Below, piece by piece: positions 63,405-64,000 of a stretch of 64,000 bases of DNA; the first letter of the stretch is position 1, and the number at the start of each line of letters is the position of its first letter. The position numbers and the translations under genes are program-made. The DNA comes from Squalus acanthias (lineage: Eukaryota). The stretch spans positions 154,010,001 to 154,074,000 of the forward strand of contig CM059431.1 in assembly GCA_030390025.1 (NCBI GenBank), read 5' to 3'. The notes under the pieces are model-generated. The model saw only the letters and a program-made list of their open reading frames with translations, was not told the origin of the DNA and searched no databases.

Positions 63405-64000
63405 GTCACTCATTCTGTTATGCAGTACTTTGCTGCTGCACTTATGAAATGTCTAAGTACACCACGAATGACCTGACACGCTTGCTCAATGAATGGCACT
63501 CGTGCAGTGACGTCAGATTTAAGACATTTTGCTGTTTCGTTTTGGTCTCTACTCAATAACTTCAACTGAACAGCTTGAAAGCAAATTGAGGGTATTTCCA
63601 TCTAAAGTAACCGCGTGTGTGTCGGATTGGCTCAGCGAAAATGTCAAAAGAAGATTTCAGAACTTGGAAGATAGGTAAAGCCAAAGGACATTCTCTAAGA
63701 TATTGGATTATTTTCTTGAATTTGGAGAATTAAAACTGATCGAGGCCGCATTAACAGCAGATAAATACAATAAAATTCAGACAGTGTCCTCTTAAACCTT
63801 CTGACTGTGCGGTTCTTTCAACTGCAATAATGGGCGTTGAAGTCTTGGAAGAGCTGAATCTCGATAGTTGTGGTGTACAGGATGAAGGCATCCTTCAGCT
63901 GGAGCCCGTGCTACACAAATGTTAAATACTCAGTTAATTCATCCTTATCGATAAATAATATTATGAACAATGACTGTGTTACTGGCAAGTGGCATAATAT
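63405..64000 (+). pseudogene. Degraded paralogous NLR fragment (3' third of the NACHT exon plus intron start)
   Basis: Aligns to ~46325-46920; contains indels and stops (TGT TAA); donor mutated to CTCAG|ttaatt; no 5' part upstream. Confidence 0.9.

Overview
Eukaryotic, repeat-dense vertebrate DNA. The repeat families and NLR type suggest a cartilaginous fish (inference). Most of the window is nested retroelements (CR1, L2, RTE/BovB-like, a second CR1/L2-group LINE, Penelope-like elements with minimal hammerhead ribozymes), PIF/Harbinger-type MITEs and G-rich minisatellites. The one host gene is a + strand NLR (NACHT-LRR) innate-immune receptor with 10 reconstructable exons (24396-49274). Its N-terminus is three tandem copies of a two-exon, phase-1/phase-1, 123-codon helical (probably CARD/death-fold) cassette, produced by multi-kb intragenic duplications; a fourth copy is aborted. 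All six cassette exons and the LRR exons are intact. The NACHT exon carries three +1 frameshifts and a non-canonical Walker B (DDFDQ). A degraded paralogous NACHT-LRR fragment lies at the right end. Most ORFs in the six-frame track are TE fragments or repeat artefacts.
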